The notes below the pieces were generated by a model. It made no database searches. It had not been told where the DNA came from and saw nothing but the letters and a program-made list of their open reading frames with translations. From positions 192,001 through 256,000 of the forward strand of contig JBDRZU010000001.1 in the NCBI GenBank assembly GCA_039804105.1: a stretch of 64,000 nucleotides of DNA, given 5' to 3'. The translations under genes were made by a program, and so were the position numbers. Numbering within the stretch: position 1 is the stretch's first letter; every line of letters begins with the position of its first letter. The DNA is from a candidate division WOR-3 bacterium. Its GTDB lineage: Bacteria; Hydrothermota; 32-111. This document shows positions 37,353-46,933 of the stretch, one piece after another.

Positions 37353-38411
37353 ATGAAAGTTGGAATTTTAGGTTTATCAAAGTCAGGTAAAACAACAGTT
37401 TTTGAGGCTTTAACTGGTTTAAATTTAAGTTCTAATTTAAAAGATAAATTTCATATTTCTTCAGTAAAAGTTCCTGATAGAAGAATAGATTTCCTATCAA
37501 AAGTTTTTAATCCGAAAAAGACCACATATCCAACTATAGATTTTTTAGATTACAACAGGTTAGGAGAGAAGGAAGAAAAGTTCATCGATCAGGAATATTT
37601 TGGAAAACTAAAAGAATGTGATGGAATTTTAAAAGTAATTAGAAATTTTGAAAATGATATTTTCCCTCCCCATTTTGGAACTCTTGATCCCAAGAAGGAA
37701 CTTGTTGAACTTGATGATCATATAATATTGACAGATCTTGAAATCGTTGAAAAAAGGTTTGAAAAATTGAAAAACGCAAAATACAAACTTTCTACAAACG
37801 AAGTTTCAGAATTGAACTCTCTTGAAAAATTTAAAAACATTCTTTCTGAAGGGAAACCATTAAACAGATATGATTTTTCCCCTGACGAAGAAAAGTTGAT
37901 AAAAAACTATTCCTTGATATCTGCAAAAAAGGAGATTATTTTAATAAATGTTTCTTCAATGGATGAAAAAATAAATGGAGAACTTATAGAATATCTCGAA
38001 AAAGAAAAAAGAGATTATTTTATAGTTTCTGCCTTAAATGAAAAAGAATTAAACGAGTTTGATGAGAACACAAAAAAAGAGTTTGCATCGGAAATGAAGA
38101 TAAAAGAGTTTGCTATCGAAAAAGTCATATCTAAATTCTATAAAATTTTGAATCTCATTACTTTTCTTACTGTCGGAGAGGATGAGGTAAGGGGTTGGAC
38201 TATAAAGGATAAAACAAATGCTGTGAAAGCAGCGGGAAAGATTCATACAGATTTTGAAAAAGGTTTTATAAAAGCACAGGTTGTATCTTTTGATGATTTT
38301 CAAAAATATGGAAGTTTAAAAGAATGTGCAAAAAATGGTGTCCTGCGACTTGAAGGCAAAGATTACATCGTTAAAGATGGGGATATAATCGAATTCAAGT
38401 TCAATCTTTAA
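37353..38411 (+). CDS. ychF: Obg-family ATPase YchF-like
   Basis: GLSKSGKTT, VKVPD.R, AAGKIHTDFEKGFIKA, RLEGKDYIVKDGD. Confidence 0.9.
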   Translation: MKVGILGLSKSGKTTVFEALTGLNLSSNLKDKFHISSVKVPDRRIDFLSKVFNPKKTTYPTIDFLDYNRLGEKEEKFIDQEYFGKLKECDGILKVIRNFENDIFPPHFGTLDPKKELVELDDHIILTDLEIVEKRFEKLKNAKYKLSTNEVSELNSLEKFKNILSEGKPLNRYDFSPDEEKLIKNYSLISAKKEIILINVSSMDEKINGELIEYLEKEKRDYFIVSALNEKELNEFDENTKKEFASEMKIKEFAIEKVISKFYKILNLITFLTVGEDEVRGWTIKDKTNAVKAAGKIHTDFEKGFIKAQVVSFDDFQKYGSLKECAKNGVLRLEGKDYIVKDGDIIEFKFNL

Positions 38412-38416
38412 ATAAA

Positions 38417-39181
38417 ATGTCCTGTTTAGGTTTTATAATTCTTTTTATAATAATTTCTTTTATTTTTGGTCCCGCTGGATCGATCATTTTTGTAATAATT
38501 TTTACAATTTTATCTCTTTTAAACGGTCTTGATAACCTTAGTATTAGAAACAAAAACACAAATCAGAACTCCTTCTATGATCCCTTCATAGATATTTTGA
38601 GTATATTTTCTTACATATCTTTACTTGATGGGGTTGTTTCAAAAGATGAAGTTGATTATGTTAAAAGTTTTCTTTTGTCACTCTATCCGGACGATTTACA
38701 AAGGGTTCAAAATCTGATGAATGTTTACAAAAATTTTAATGAAAATCCAAAAACATTAAACATCGAGATATCGATTGAAAATATAAATGGGTCTGCAAGA
38801 TATGAAGAAAAATTATCAATTTTTTCATTGATCGTCGAACTCTCTTTGAAAAGTAAAAGAAGTGATACCATAAGGAGTACCCTTTTTCAAATCGGCAGCA
38901 AACTGAAACTAAACACCTATGACATCAACTCGATTCTCAATTATTACGATAGTCATTTTAAAAAAGGTATCGATCAAAGAAAAAGGTGGTATTCGATCCT
39001 TGGTGTTTCAGAGGACTCTTCCGATGAAGAGGTGAAGAGAGCATACAGGGAACTAGTCAAAAAAACACATCCCGATAAATTAAGAAATATGCCTGAGAAT
39101 GTGATAAAAAATGCTGAAAATAGATTTAAAGAAATAAACGAAGCTTACAACAATATTAAAATTGAGAGGGGACTCTCCTGA
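38417..39181 (+). CDS. DjlA-like TM + TerB + J-domain co-chaperone
   Basis: N-terminal TM, DGVVSKDE, YSILGV...HPDK...FKEINEAY. Confidence 0.85.
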   Translation: MSCLGFIILFIIISFIFGPAGSIIFVIIFTILSLLNGLDNLSIRNKNTNQNSFYDPFIDILSIFSYISLLDGVVSKDEVDYVKSFLLSLYPDDLQRVQNLMNVYKNFNENPKTLNIEISIENINGSARYEEKLSIFSLIVELSLKSKRSDTIRSTLFQIGSKLKLNTYDINSILNYYDSHFKKGIDQRKRWYSILGVSEDSSDEEVKRAYRELVKKTHPDKLRNMPENVIKNAENRFKEINEAYNNIKIERGLS

Positions 39182-39196
39182 TGGGTCAAGATTATA

Positions 39197-39224
39197 TTGA
39201 CTTTTGTCTTATTTAAAATAAAAT
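39197..39224 (+). promoter_or_regulatory. Promoter TTGACT-N16-TAAAAT, probably leaderless
   Basis: -10 ends 6 nt before ATG 39231; no SD. Confidence 0.6.
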
Positions 39225-39230
39225 AATATT

Positions 39231-39725
39231 ATGGAAAAAATTGAAATTTTTAGTAGATTGAAAAAAGCACTTTTAAATGAAAACAGAAAAGAGATTTTTG
39301 AAATTTATCTGTATACGATAAAGAGTGGATTCTCTGATAAAGAGATAGTCATAAAATTGATGGAATATATGTATAAAAGTAATGATAGCGAAAAGTATAT
39401 AAATCTTTTGAGATTATATGGTTCAAATACAAATTCCGATGCAGATATTGCATATTTTGTTGGATTCTATTTTTTGATGAAAAAATCATATTTCCATGCA
39501 CTCTGTTCATTTAAACTTGTAGATAAATACAGTATTTACTACACATTTGCACAAAAAAATATCCAGATGATCGAAAGTAACGAACTCAAACTTCTCACAA
39601 TAATCAAAAATGAATCGGATGGAAGAAATGAAAGATTAAAAAATATTGAAGAAAATGTTTATAAAACTGTTAACAGAATGATAAACTATGCGAAATCAAA
39701 CAAAGATGGATTTAAGGATTTTTGA
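39231..39725 (+). CDS. Hypothetical helical protein (one TPR-like unit)
   Basis: ORF heading the operon; AYFVGFYFL..SYFHAL pattern. Confidence 0.65.
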   Translation: MEKIEIFSRLKKALLNENRKEIFEIYLYTIKSGFSDKEIVIKLMEYMYKSNDSEKYINLLRLYGSNTNSDADIAYFVGFYFLMKKSYFHALCSFKLVDKYSIYYTFAQKNIQMIESNELKLLTIIKNESDGRNERLKNIEENVYKTVNRMINYAKSNKDGFKDF

Positions 39726-40456
39726 TGATAAAAGTTGTTTCTTTTGATCTTTGGAATACGATACTTTCAGGGAAGGATTCAAAAAATTTCAAAGAATACA
39801 GATTCACAAAACTCGAAAAAATATTTTCAAAATATGGATATGAACTAAAAAAGGATGACTATTATTTTGCTATAGATAAAACATGGGACGTTTTTTTCAA
39901 CGGTGAATGGCTTGAAAAAAAATATACTCCAACGACGAGTTCATCTGTTAGAACTTTTCTTTCATACCTTTCGATTGACAACTATCCTGAGGAATTTTTT
40001 GTTGAACTCGTTAACTTTATGGAAAGGTCATTTCTCGATTCAGAGGTATTATTTATAGAGAATATGGATTTACTCATAAAAAGGTTATCCCCTGAGTTTA
40101 AATTAACACTTATTTCTGATACAGGTTTTACGCCTGGTAAATATTTGAGAGAAGTTTTAAAAAAAGTTGGTATATATCAGGATTTTTCACTTTTCATATT
40201 TTCTGATGAAATTGGAGTTTCTAAACCTGACAGAAGGATTTTTGAATTTGTGATAAAATATTTTGACTGTAAACCTGAAGAGGTTGTCCATATAGGTGAT
40301 ATACCAGCAACGGATATAAAAGGGGCACTTGATGCTGGAATGAAGGTTGTACATTTTAACAGAGAGACATACCTTTTTAAAGATATAGAAAAGTTTAAGC
40401 CAGATCTTGTTACAGATGATCCTCTTGAGATTGAAAAATTCATCAGAAATTCATAG
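39722..40456 (+). CDS. HAD-family hydrolase
   Basis: FDLWNT, ISDT, KPD, HIGD...DIKGA. Confidence 0.9.
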   Translation: MMIKVVSFDLWNTILSGKDSKNFKEYRFTKLEKIFSKYGYELKKDDYYFAIDKTWDVFFNGEWLEKKYTPTTSSSVRTFLSYLSIDNYPEEFFVELVNFMERSFLDSEVLFIENMDLLIKRLSPEFKLTLISDTGFTPGKYLREVLKKVGIYQDFSLFIFSDEIGVSKPDRRIFEFVIKYFDCKPEEVVHIGDIPATDIKGALDAGMKVVHFNRETYLFKDIEKFKPDLVTDDPLEIEKFIRNS

Positions 40457-40464
40457 GAGGAAAT

Positions 40465-41463
40465 ATGAACGGAAATTTACAGTTGCAACATTTTATTCTT
40501 AATGAACAAAAAAAATTCCCTTACGCTAAAGGTGATTTTACACTTCTTTTACTCGATATAGCTCTTGCTGGGAAAATCATTTCAAGAGAGGTTAACAAGG
40601 CGGGTCTTGTTGAAATTTTAGGATTGACAGGGAAAGATAATATTCAAGGTGAACAGGTTCAAAAACTTGATGAATTCTCTAATTCAACGCTTGTTAATAT
40701 TCTTTCAAGAAATGATACGGTTGGTGGATGTGCTTCAGAAGAGATGGCAGATCCTGTATTTTTCCATAACCATTCGAATGCTAAATACTGTGTAATATTC
40801 GATCCTCTTGATGGCTCCTCAAACATCGATGTAAATGTTAGCATTGGAACAATATTTTCAATCTATAAACTTTTAAATGAGGGAGAATGTACTGAAAACG
40901 ATTTTTTAAGAAAGGGGAGTGAGCAACTGGCAGCAGGATATATAATCTATGGTTCCTCAACAATGCTTGTTTTCACAACTGGTGAAGGTGTTCATGGTTT
41001 CACTCTTGATCCATCACTTGGGGAATTTTTGTTGTCCCATCCAAACATGAAATTCCCAGAACCATCAAAAAGATATTATTCCGTTAATGAGGGTAATTAC
41101 AAATACTGGGATGATAGAGTAAAAAAATATGTTGATTATTTGAAAAACAACGAAAAACCATTTACCTTAAGATATATCGGTTCACTCGTTTCCGATTTTC
41201 ATAGGAATCTGATATATGGTGGAATTTTCCTTTATCCTCTCGATTATAAAAACAAAGAAAAACCTAAAGGAAAATTAAGATTGATGTATGAAGCAAATCC
41301 GCTCGCTTTGATAACGAAAAATGCTGGTGGTCTTGCAACAGACGGTAAAAACGAGATACTTGAAATAAAACCTGAAGAACTCCATCAAAGAGTTCCACTT
41401 TACATCGGAACGAAATTCTTTGTAGAAGAAGCGATGAGTTTTATCAACTCGGAGGAAAAATGA
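40465..41463 (+). CDS. fbp: Fructose-1,6-bisphosphatase class 1
   Basis: QKLD, SEE, DPLDGSSNIDVN, RYIGS, GKLRLMYE. Confidence 0.97.
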   Translation: MNGNLQLQHFILNEQKKFPYAKGDFTLLLLDIALAGKIISREVNKAGLVEILGLTGKDNIQGEQVQKLDEFSNSTLVNILSRNDTVGGCASEEMADPVFFHNHSNAKYCVIFDPLDGSSNIDVNVSIGTIFSIYKLLNEGECTENDFLRKGSEQLAAGYIIYGSSTMLVFTTGEGVHGFTLDPSLGEFLLSHPNMKFPEPSKRYYSVNEGNYKYWDDRVKKYVDYLKNNEKPFTLRYIGSLVSDFHRNLIYGGIFLYPLDYKNKEKPKGKLRLMYEANPLALITKNAGGLATDGKNEILEIKPEELHQRVPLYIGTKFFVEEAMSFINSEEK

Positions 41464-42686
41464 AAAAATTTTTTTATGTTCCACTTATACTATTTTTATC
41501 CACTCTCATATTCCCAGGTTATTTTAGTGGTGATATTGGATACTATTTTTTGAATATCCCTGTTGACCCTTTAAGTCAGGCATACTCAACAACTTCAGCT
41601 GCTATTATAGGAAGAAATGGAGATCTAATAAATCCAGCATCACTTTATATGGAGAAAGATGAAAAAACTTTTTCTTTCACATATATGCCTTTTCTTATTT
41701 CTTCACATTTTGGTTTATTCACATACAATTTCAACTCTTCACAGATACTTTTGAAATATTTTAATTCAGGTATGATGGAAAGAAGGGATTCTCTCAACAA
41801 CGATCTTGGTGAATTTTTTTCATCAGATCTTTTGATAGAATTTTCAAAAAGTTTTAGGTTAAACCAAAATCTTTATGTTGGCGGTGGATTGAATGCTGGT
41901 TTGGAAAAGGTTCTTGATTACAATAATATCTTTTCGACTTTGAATTTAGGACTGATATATGAAAGATTATACTTTGACTTTTTAAATGTTGGTTTTCAAA
42001 TTTTGAATCTTGGTGGAGGATATGATTTTGAAAAAACATCTATAACCCCTCTAAAGGTTGTCTTAGGCTTCTCTCTTGGGAAGGATGAGATGCCATTCTC
42101 AGCTAATATGGATCTTGGCAAAATAGTTGATAGAAAATATTTTTACTCTTTTGCTTTAAAATTTTCATTGATAAGGCCCCCACTAGAAAAAAAACTAACC
42201 CAGCAATCTAACACACAACACTATTTTGAGCAAACAACTGTTAAGGATGATGTTGTTTTAAACGATGATACTTCAAATATCTTTCAGGATAGTTTACCAT
42301 CGGATATTTTCAACACATCGAACAATGATTCTTTGCTTGATACCCTGACAACAGATCAGAATAAAGGTTTTGAATCTTATGCTGATTTTTTAGACGAAGA
42401 AAAGAAGGATACTCTGGATAATTTAAGTGAAAAAAAATCTATTGAAACAAAGGAAAACATAAAAATTTCGGAAAAGAAAAATATATTTTCTCCACTTGCT
42501 CTTGATTTGATTTTTGGTGTTTCATCAGATAGGAATGAACTACAACTTGGATATGCAACCGATATTTCAGCTGCTTTAACAGCAGGGTTCAAACTGAGTT
42601 ACAAAAATGTATCCGTTTTATGGTCAAGTAAATTCTGGGGTGAACTTGGTGTTTCTCAGTCAATAGGAATAAAGATGAGTTTTTAA
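41460..42686 (+). CDS. PorV/PorQ-like outer-membrane barrel with acidic insertion
   Basis: FLNIPVDP..AY, INPASL, YFNSG.MERRD..DLGEF, terminal IKMSF. Confidence 0.6.
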   Translation: MKKFFYVPLILFLSTLIFPGYFSGDIGYYFLNIPVDPLSQAYSTTSAAIIGRNGDLINPASLYMEKDEKTFSFTYMPFLISSHFGLFTYNFNSSQILLKYFNSGMMERRDSLNNDLGEFFSSDLLIEFSKSFRLNQNLYVGGGLNAGLEKVLDYNNIFSTLNLGLIYERLYFDFLNVGFQILNLGGGYDFEKTSITPLKVVLGFSLGKDEMPFSANMDLGKIVDRKYFYSFALKFSLIRPPLEKKLTQQSNTQHYFEQTTVKDDVVLNDDTSNIFQDSLPSDIFNTSNNDSLLDTLTTDQNKGFESYADFLDEEKKDTLDNLSEKKSIETKENIKISEKKNIFSPLALDLIFGVSSDRNELQLGYATDISAALTAGFKLSYKNVSVLWSSKFWGELGVSQSIGIKMSF

Positions 42687-43391
42687 ATGTTAAACGATAT
42701 TTTAAATGTTCGTCTTGATCAGTTTGAAGGGCCTCTTGATCTTTTATTATATCTTATCAAGAAGAATGAGATAAATATTTATGATATTCCAATTCAAAAG
42801 ATAACACTTCAGTATCTTGAGATTCTTGATAGGATGAAGGAACTCAATATAGATATTGCAAGTGATTATATTGTGATGGCCGCGACATTGATAAAGATAA
42901 AATCGGATATGTTGATACCCTCGAATCCGGTTGATGGAGAAGAAATCGAAGATCCAAGAAAACCTCTTGTCGAAAGATTGATCGAATATCAGAAGTTTAA
43001 AAAAATAACAGAAATATTAAGAAATATTGAACACGAATCCTCAAAACTTTTTTCGAGAAATGTTATATATGAGAGTAAATCGGTTGAGGAAGAGAGTCCA
43101 TATACACTTGTTGATCTGATGGATGTTTTCATACCTCTTTTAAAAAAAGGGGAATCTCTTAAACTTTACAGAGATCCAAAAGTCAAAAAAACTATTGTAG
43201 AAAAAACTAAAGAGATTTTACAGTACTTGAACGAAAATAAAGAGTTTAAATTTTTTGAATATGTCAGCGATTTTGATAATCTTTTTGAAGTTATATTAAC
43301 TTTCATAGCAATACTTGATCTTGCTTTAAAAGGTTTTTTGCATGTTGAACAAAAAACTCAATTTGATGATATAAAAATATGTTTAAAATAG
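42687..43391 (+). CDS. scpA: Segregation/condensation protein A
   Basis: FEGPLDLLLYLI, MAATLIKIKS, DPR..LVERLIEYQ, FIAILDL. Confidence 0.95.
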   Translation: MLNDILNVRLDQFEGPLDLLLYLIKKNEINIYDIPIQKITLQYLEILDRMKELNIDIASDYIVMAATLIKIKSDMLIPSNPVDGEEIEDPRKPLVERLIEYQKFKKITEILRNIEHESSKLFSRNVIYESKSVEEESPYTLVDLMDVFIPLLKKGESLKLYRDPKVKKTIVEKTKEILQYLNENKEFKFFEYVSDFDNLFEVILTFIAILDLALKGFLHVEQKTQFDDIKICLK

Positions 43392-44515
43392 AAGAAAAAG
43401 ATTTTTCCTATATTGATTTTAAAAAATCTCTCCCGATAATAAAAAATTCAAGAAAGATTCTTGTGTGGGGTGATGAGGATGCAGATGGAATTACAGCAAC
43501 TATAATTCTCGCAAAAACCTTAAAATCGTTTGGAAAGAGTGTTGAGTATTTTATCCCTTCAAGGTTAAAAGATGGAATTGGACTTGTAGAAAAAAAGGTA
43601 AACTATTTTTTGAAAAAAGATTTTGATACATTCATAACTGTCGATTGTGGATCCGTTAATTATGAAATCATAAAAAAGATCAAATTTTCAGGGAAAAATG
43701 TAATAATAACTGATCATCACATTCCGTATAAAGAGCGAATAGATGAAGTACCATACATCAATCCATATTTCATGAAATCAAAAAAATTCAAAAACCTTTC
43801 TGGTAGTGGGGTTTCTTTTCTTTTCTCCATCTATTTACTTAAAAAGTTTAAAAAGGTTAAAACCTATTATGACGCATTTTTATTTGACCCCTTAAACATC
43901 TCCCTGGCAGCTGTGGGAACAAAATGTGATAAAGTAAAAGTTGACAAAACAAATGAACAGATTTTAAAATACCACGATGGAATTTTTTATTTTATACCTT
44001 TGATAAAAGAATTCGATTTTGATGTAACAAATATATGTGGAATCTTTGCAAACTCAAAAACCATAAGATTGAAAAATCCAATGGTGGAATTCTTTTTAAA
44101 TGAAAATACAAAACAAAATTTTTACATTTTTTTGAAAAACACTAAAAAAAGAATTGAAAATTTCAAAAAGAAAATAGAAAAATATACTCAAGAACTTGAT
44201 AAAAAATCTTATGAAGATAAAAAATTTATAATAATCATCTCCGATATTGACTATAAATATGTTGGAGTTTTATCTTCAATTTTATCAAAAAAGTATAACA
44301 GACCTGTTTGTGTAATCGGTAAAAAAAGAAAAGTTTATAGTGCTGAATGCAGATATGATGGAGAAAATTTCAACTGGCTTGAAATTTTAAAACTTTTTGA
44401 AAAATTTTTTGAAGGATATGGTGGACATAAAAAAGCTGCAGGATTTGAGATAAAAAAGGAGAAGATTGATGAATTTGTTTCTGAGTTTAATAATCGCCTC
44501 AACTCTCTTAACTGA
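43379..44515 (+). CDS. DHH-family phosphoesterase, short RecJ-like
   Basis: GDEDADG, TVDCG, TDHH, GGHKKAAG. Confidence 0.85.
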   Translation: MFKIEEKDFSYIDFKKSLPIIKNSRKILVWGDEDADGITATIILAKTLKSFGKSVEYFIPSRLKDGIGLVEKKVNYFLKKDFDTFITVDCGSVNYEIIKKIKFSGKNVIITDHHIPYKERIDEVPYINPYFMKSKKFKNLSGSGVSFLFSIYLLKKFKKVKTYYDAFLFDPLNISLAAVGTKCDKVKVDKTNEQILKYHDGIFYFIPLIKEFDFDVTNICGIFANSKTIRLKNPMVEFFLNENTKQNFYIFLKNTKKRIENFKKKIEKYTQELDKKSYEDKKFIIIISDIDYKYVGVLSSILSKKYNRPVCVIGKKRKVYSAECRYDGENFNWLEILKLFEKFFEGYGGHKKAAGFEIKKEKIDEFVSEFNNRLNSLN

Positions 44516-44864
44516 TTTTTCATATGAGGTTCCATTTGAAAAAGGTGATACACAAAAAATATATTATGATGAAACTTATGACAAAAGGTTAACCGATAAT
44601 TCTATAAATATAATACCGCTTCTTGGTTTAAGATTTTATCAGATATTCATTTCACCAGCACAGGGTGAAGTGTGTAATTTTACACCCTCATGTTCGAATT
44701 ATATGTTCCAATCGTTAAGAAAATATGGTTTATTTCTTGGATTTTTAAAAGGAGTTGATCGGTTGCAAAGATGTAATTTTTCCGTAAGAGAATATGTAAA
44801 CCTTTTCTATGATTCGATAGTTCTTATTCAAAGTAGAGGTTATAAAATTATAGATAAACCGTAA
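44466..44864 (+). CDS. yidD: Membrane protein insertion efficiency factor YidD-like, N-terminally extended
   Basis: FYQIFISP..CNFTPSCSNY...KYG...DRLQRCN. Confidence 0.8.
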   Translation: MMNLFLSLIIASTLLTDFSYEVPFEKGDTQKIYYDETYDKRLTDNSINIIPLLGLRFYQIFISPAQGEVCNFTPSCSNYMFQSLRKYGLFLGFLKGVDRLQRCNFSVREYVNLFYDSIVLIQSRGYKIIDKP

Positions 44865-44875
44865 AGGAAATATTT

Positions 44876-45655
44876 ATGAAAAAATTTTTCTTATTAATTC
44901 TTATTCTTTCACTTTCAGTATTTATCTTTTCCCAGAATCTTGATTTTGCAAAATTTCTTTTTGAAGATGGTGATTACTTCAGATCCATAACTGAGTTGAA
45001 AAGAGAACTCTATCTGTGTCAGGACTCTCAGATGAGAGATAAGATCATCAATCTAATAGGTGTGAACTATCTTTTTATGGATGATTTAAAGATGGCTGAA
45101 GAAAGTTTTTATGCAATTAAAAACTCTTCTGAGGAGTATGAAAAAAACTATCTTATAACATTATTCTTTTTAAAAAAATTTAAAGATATAAAACAGACAC
45201 AAGTTATTTTTGAAAAAAATTACGATTATGTTTTGCTCTCAAAACTCTTTTTAGGTGAAGCAAATATTGAATCTTTTATTAATTCAAAAGATGAGATAAA
45301 AACTATCGCAGAAAACTTTTTCAAGATAAAGAAAAAGAACCCATTCATCGCATTAACTCTATCAATCTTTTTACCAGGAAGTGGCAGATTCTATTCAGAA
45401 AGAGGAGGAGATGGGCTTTTCTCAATAATGACGATAATCACTCCACTTCTTGGATCGATCTACTATAAGTTTATCAATGAAAATAAAACTTTTTTTATAA
45501 TCTCAACATCTATTGCTGCTATCTTTTATTTAGGTGAACTTTACGGTTCTTTTAATTCTGCCAATATATATTATGAAAAAAAGGTTAACAGGTATTTTTA
45601 TGAAATCAAAAATAGTTATTCTAATTCTGTTTTTCTCCCTCACTATTCTTTCTAA
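44876..45655 (+). CDS. Hypothetical exported/membrane protein (TPR-like + KxP..LS..PG.G motif)
   Basis: Signal peptide; GDYFRSITELKR; KNPFIALTLSIFLPGSGRFY. Confidence 0.7.
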   Translation: MKKFFLLILILSLSVFIFSQNLDFAKFLFEDGDYFRSITELKRELYLCQDSQMRDKIINLIGVNYLFMDDLKMAEESFYAIKNSSEEYEKNYLITLFFLKKFKDIKQTQVIFEKNYDYVLLSKLFLGEANIESFINSKDEIKTIAENFFKIKKKNPFIALTLSIFLPGSGRFYSERGGDGLFSIMTIITPLLGSIYYKFINENKTFFIISTSIAAIFYLGELYGSFNSANIYYEKKVNRYFYEIKNSYSNSVFLPHYSF

Positions 45656-46472
45656 TCAGACCTATTTAGAAAAACTTGTTTTAGAGGGAGATTATTACAG
45701 AGCGGTAGAAGAGTTTAAAAGGGTTTATTTTATAAGTGGTGATGAAAAAGATTGCAGATATTATCTAAAAATTGGTTCCCTTTATGCTTTATCAGGATAT
45801 GATACTTTCTCATTTAAATATCTGGACCTTCTTTCTGAAGTTGATCTTTCAGAGGAATGTTTTCTTTACGATGGACTTGTCAGGTCATTTTTAAGTTTTA
45901 AAAGAGGGGATTTTTATTCTGCAATTTTTGAAATCGAGGACTTTCAAGATCAGGGTTTTGATACTTTAAAAATTCTACTTGAACTCATAAACAAAAGTGT
46001 TAAAAAGGAAAAATTAGAGATTCCAGATTTTTTGGATGATTCGATAAAAAATGATCTAAAATCTTATGAAAAGATGAGGTTGAAATCACCCGAACTTTCA
46101 ATGATTTTATCTTCACTTGTTCCAGGCCTTGGAGAATTGTATTCCGGTAATGTTTCAATGGCTTTTAGGGATTTTACCATAACGACTTTTTCCAACATTT
46201 TACTTGTTTATTCTTTTTTAAAAAACCCGCAAAGTTTTTATATTGATAGATTTGAGTTTTCAAAAGAATTTTTTAAAAGTAGGGATTATTTTTTAACACT
46301 TTTTATATATTCATCTCTTGTGACAAGGTTTCAAAATGGTTCAAAAAACAATGCTTATAAACTTGCTGAAAAAAAGAATGAGGAAATACAAAAGAAATAT
46401 CTTACTCGTCTTTACTATTCGATTGAAAATCTTTATAGAAAGAAAATAGTTAATTTTGTCTTAAATCAGTGA
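45600..46472 (+). CDS. Paralog of the preceding protein
   Basis: GDYYRAVEEFKR; KSPELSMILSSLVPGLGELY; ATG 45600 preferred. Confidence 0.7.
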   Translation: MKSKIVILILFFSLTILSNQTYLEKLVLEGDYYRAVEEFKRVYFISGDEKDCRYYLKIGSLYALSGYDTFSFKYLDLLSEVDLSEECFLYDGLVRSFLSFKRGDFYSAIFEIEDFQDQGFDTLKILLELINKSVKKEKLEIPDFLDDSIKNDLKSYEKMRLKSPELSMILSSLVPGLGELYSGNVSMAFRDFTITTFSNILLVYSFLKNPQSFYIDRFEFSKEFFKSRDYFLTLFIYSSLVTRFQNGSKNNAYKLAEKKNEEIQKKYLTRLYYSIENLYRKKIVNFVLNQ

Positions 46473-46828
46473 CCGTTTCTTTTTTTGAAAATTTCATCTC
46501 TGTTTAAGGTTCTTGCTTTTTGATAATCATCAAGTATAACCTTATCTGAGTTGAAATATCCTGCAATCAAATTTACCATATCTTTTGCATACTTATCAAA
46601 AATAGAACCTGAATTTTTTACAAAGTATACCTCATATTTGCCGTCGTTTATTTTTGAAACAATTCCAACTTCCATGAGTTTATCGATTTTTTCCTTTAAA
46701 ATTTTTTCATCTGTGGAAAATATTTCAGAAAGTTCAAAAATGGTGCACATTTTTTTGATTAAAAGCTTAACAGTTCTTATACTTATCTCATCAGATAAAG
46801 CAATAAAAATTTTTATAAGTTTTTCCAT
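46466..46828 (-). CDS. ArsR/SmtB-like winged-helix regulator (divergent)
   Basis: KIFIALSD..IR.VKLL..MC...EL, L.EVGIV....GKY.VY. Confidence 0.75.
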   Translation of the reverse strand: MEKLIKIFIALSDEISIRTVKLLIKKMCTIFELSEIFSTDEKILKEKIDKLMEVGIVSKINDGKYEVYFVKNSGSIFDKYAKDMVNLIAGYFNSDKVILDDYQKARTLNRDEIFKKRNGH

Positions 46829-46849
46829 CAAACTCCTCTTTTTCCATTG

Positions 46850-46915
46850 ATTTTACCTTTTTAAATCGATTAGTCAACATCTTTCTATTGACAATCACTA
46901 TTATAAATATATATT
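46850..46915. promoter_or_regulatory. Back-to-back promoters
   Basis: - strand TTGACT(46877)-N16-TAAAAT(46850); + strand TTGACA(46888)-N16-TATATT(46915). Confidence 0.65.
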
Positions 46916-46933
46916 TATATAAATGGAGGTTTT

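Noticed and set aside
42687..43391. scpA without adjacent scpB/smc
   Set aside because: These genes are often unlinked; cannot be judged from one window.
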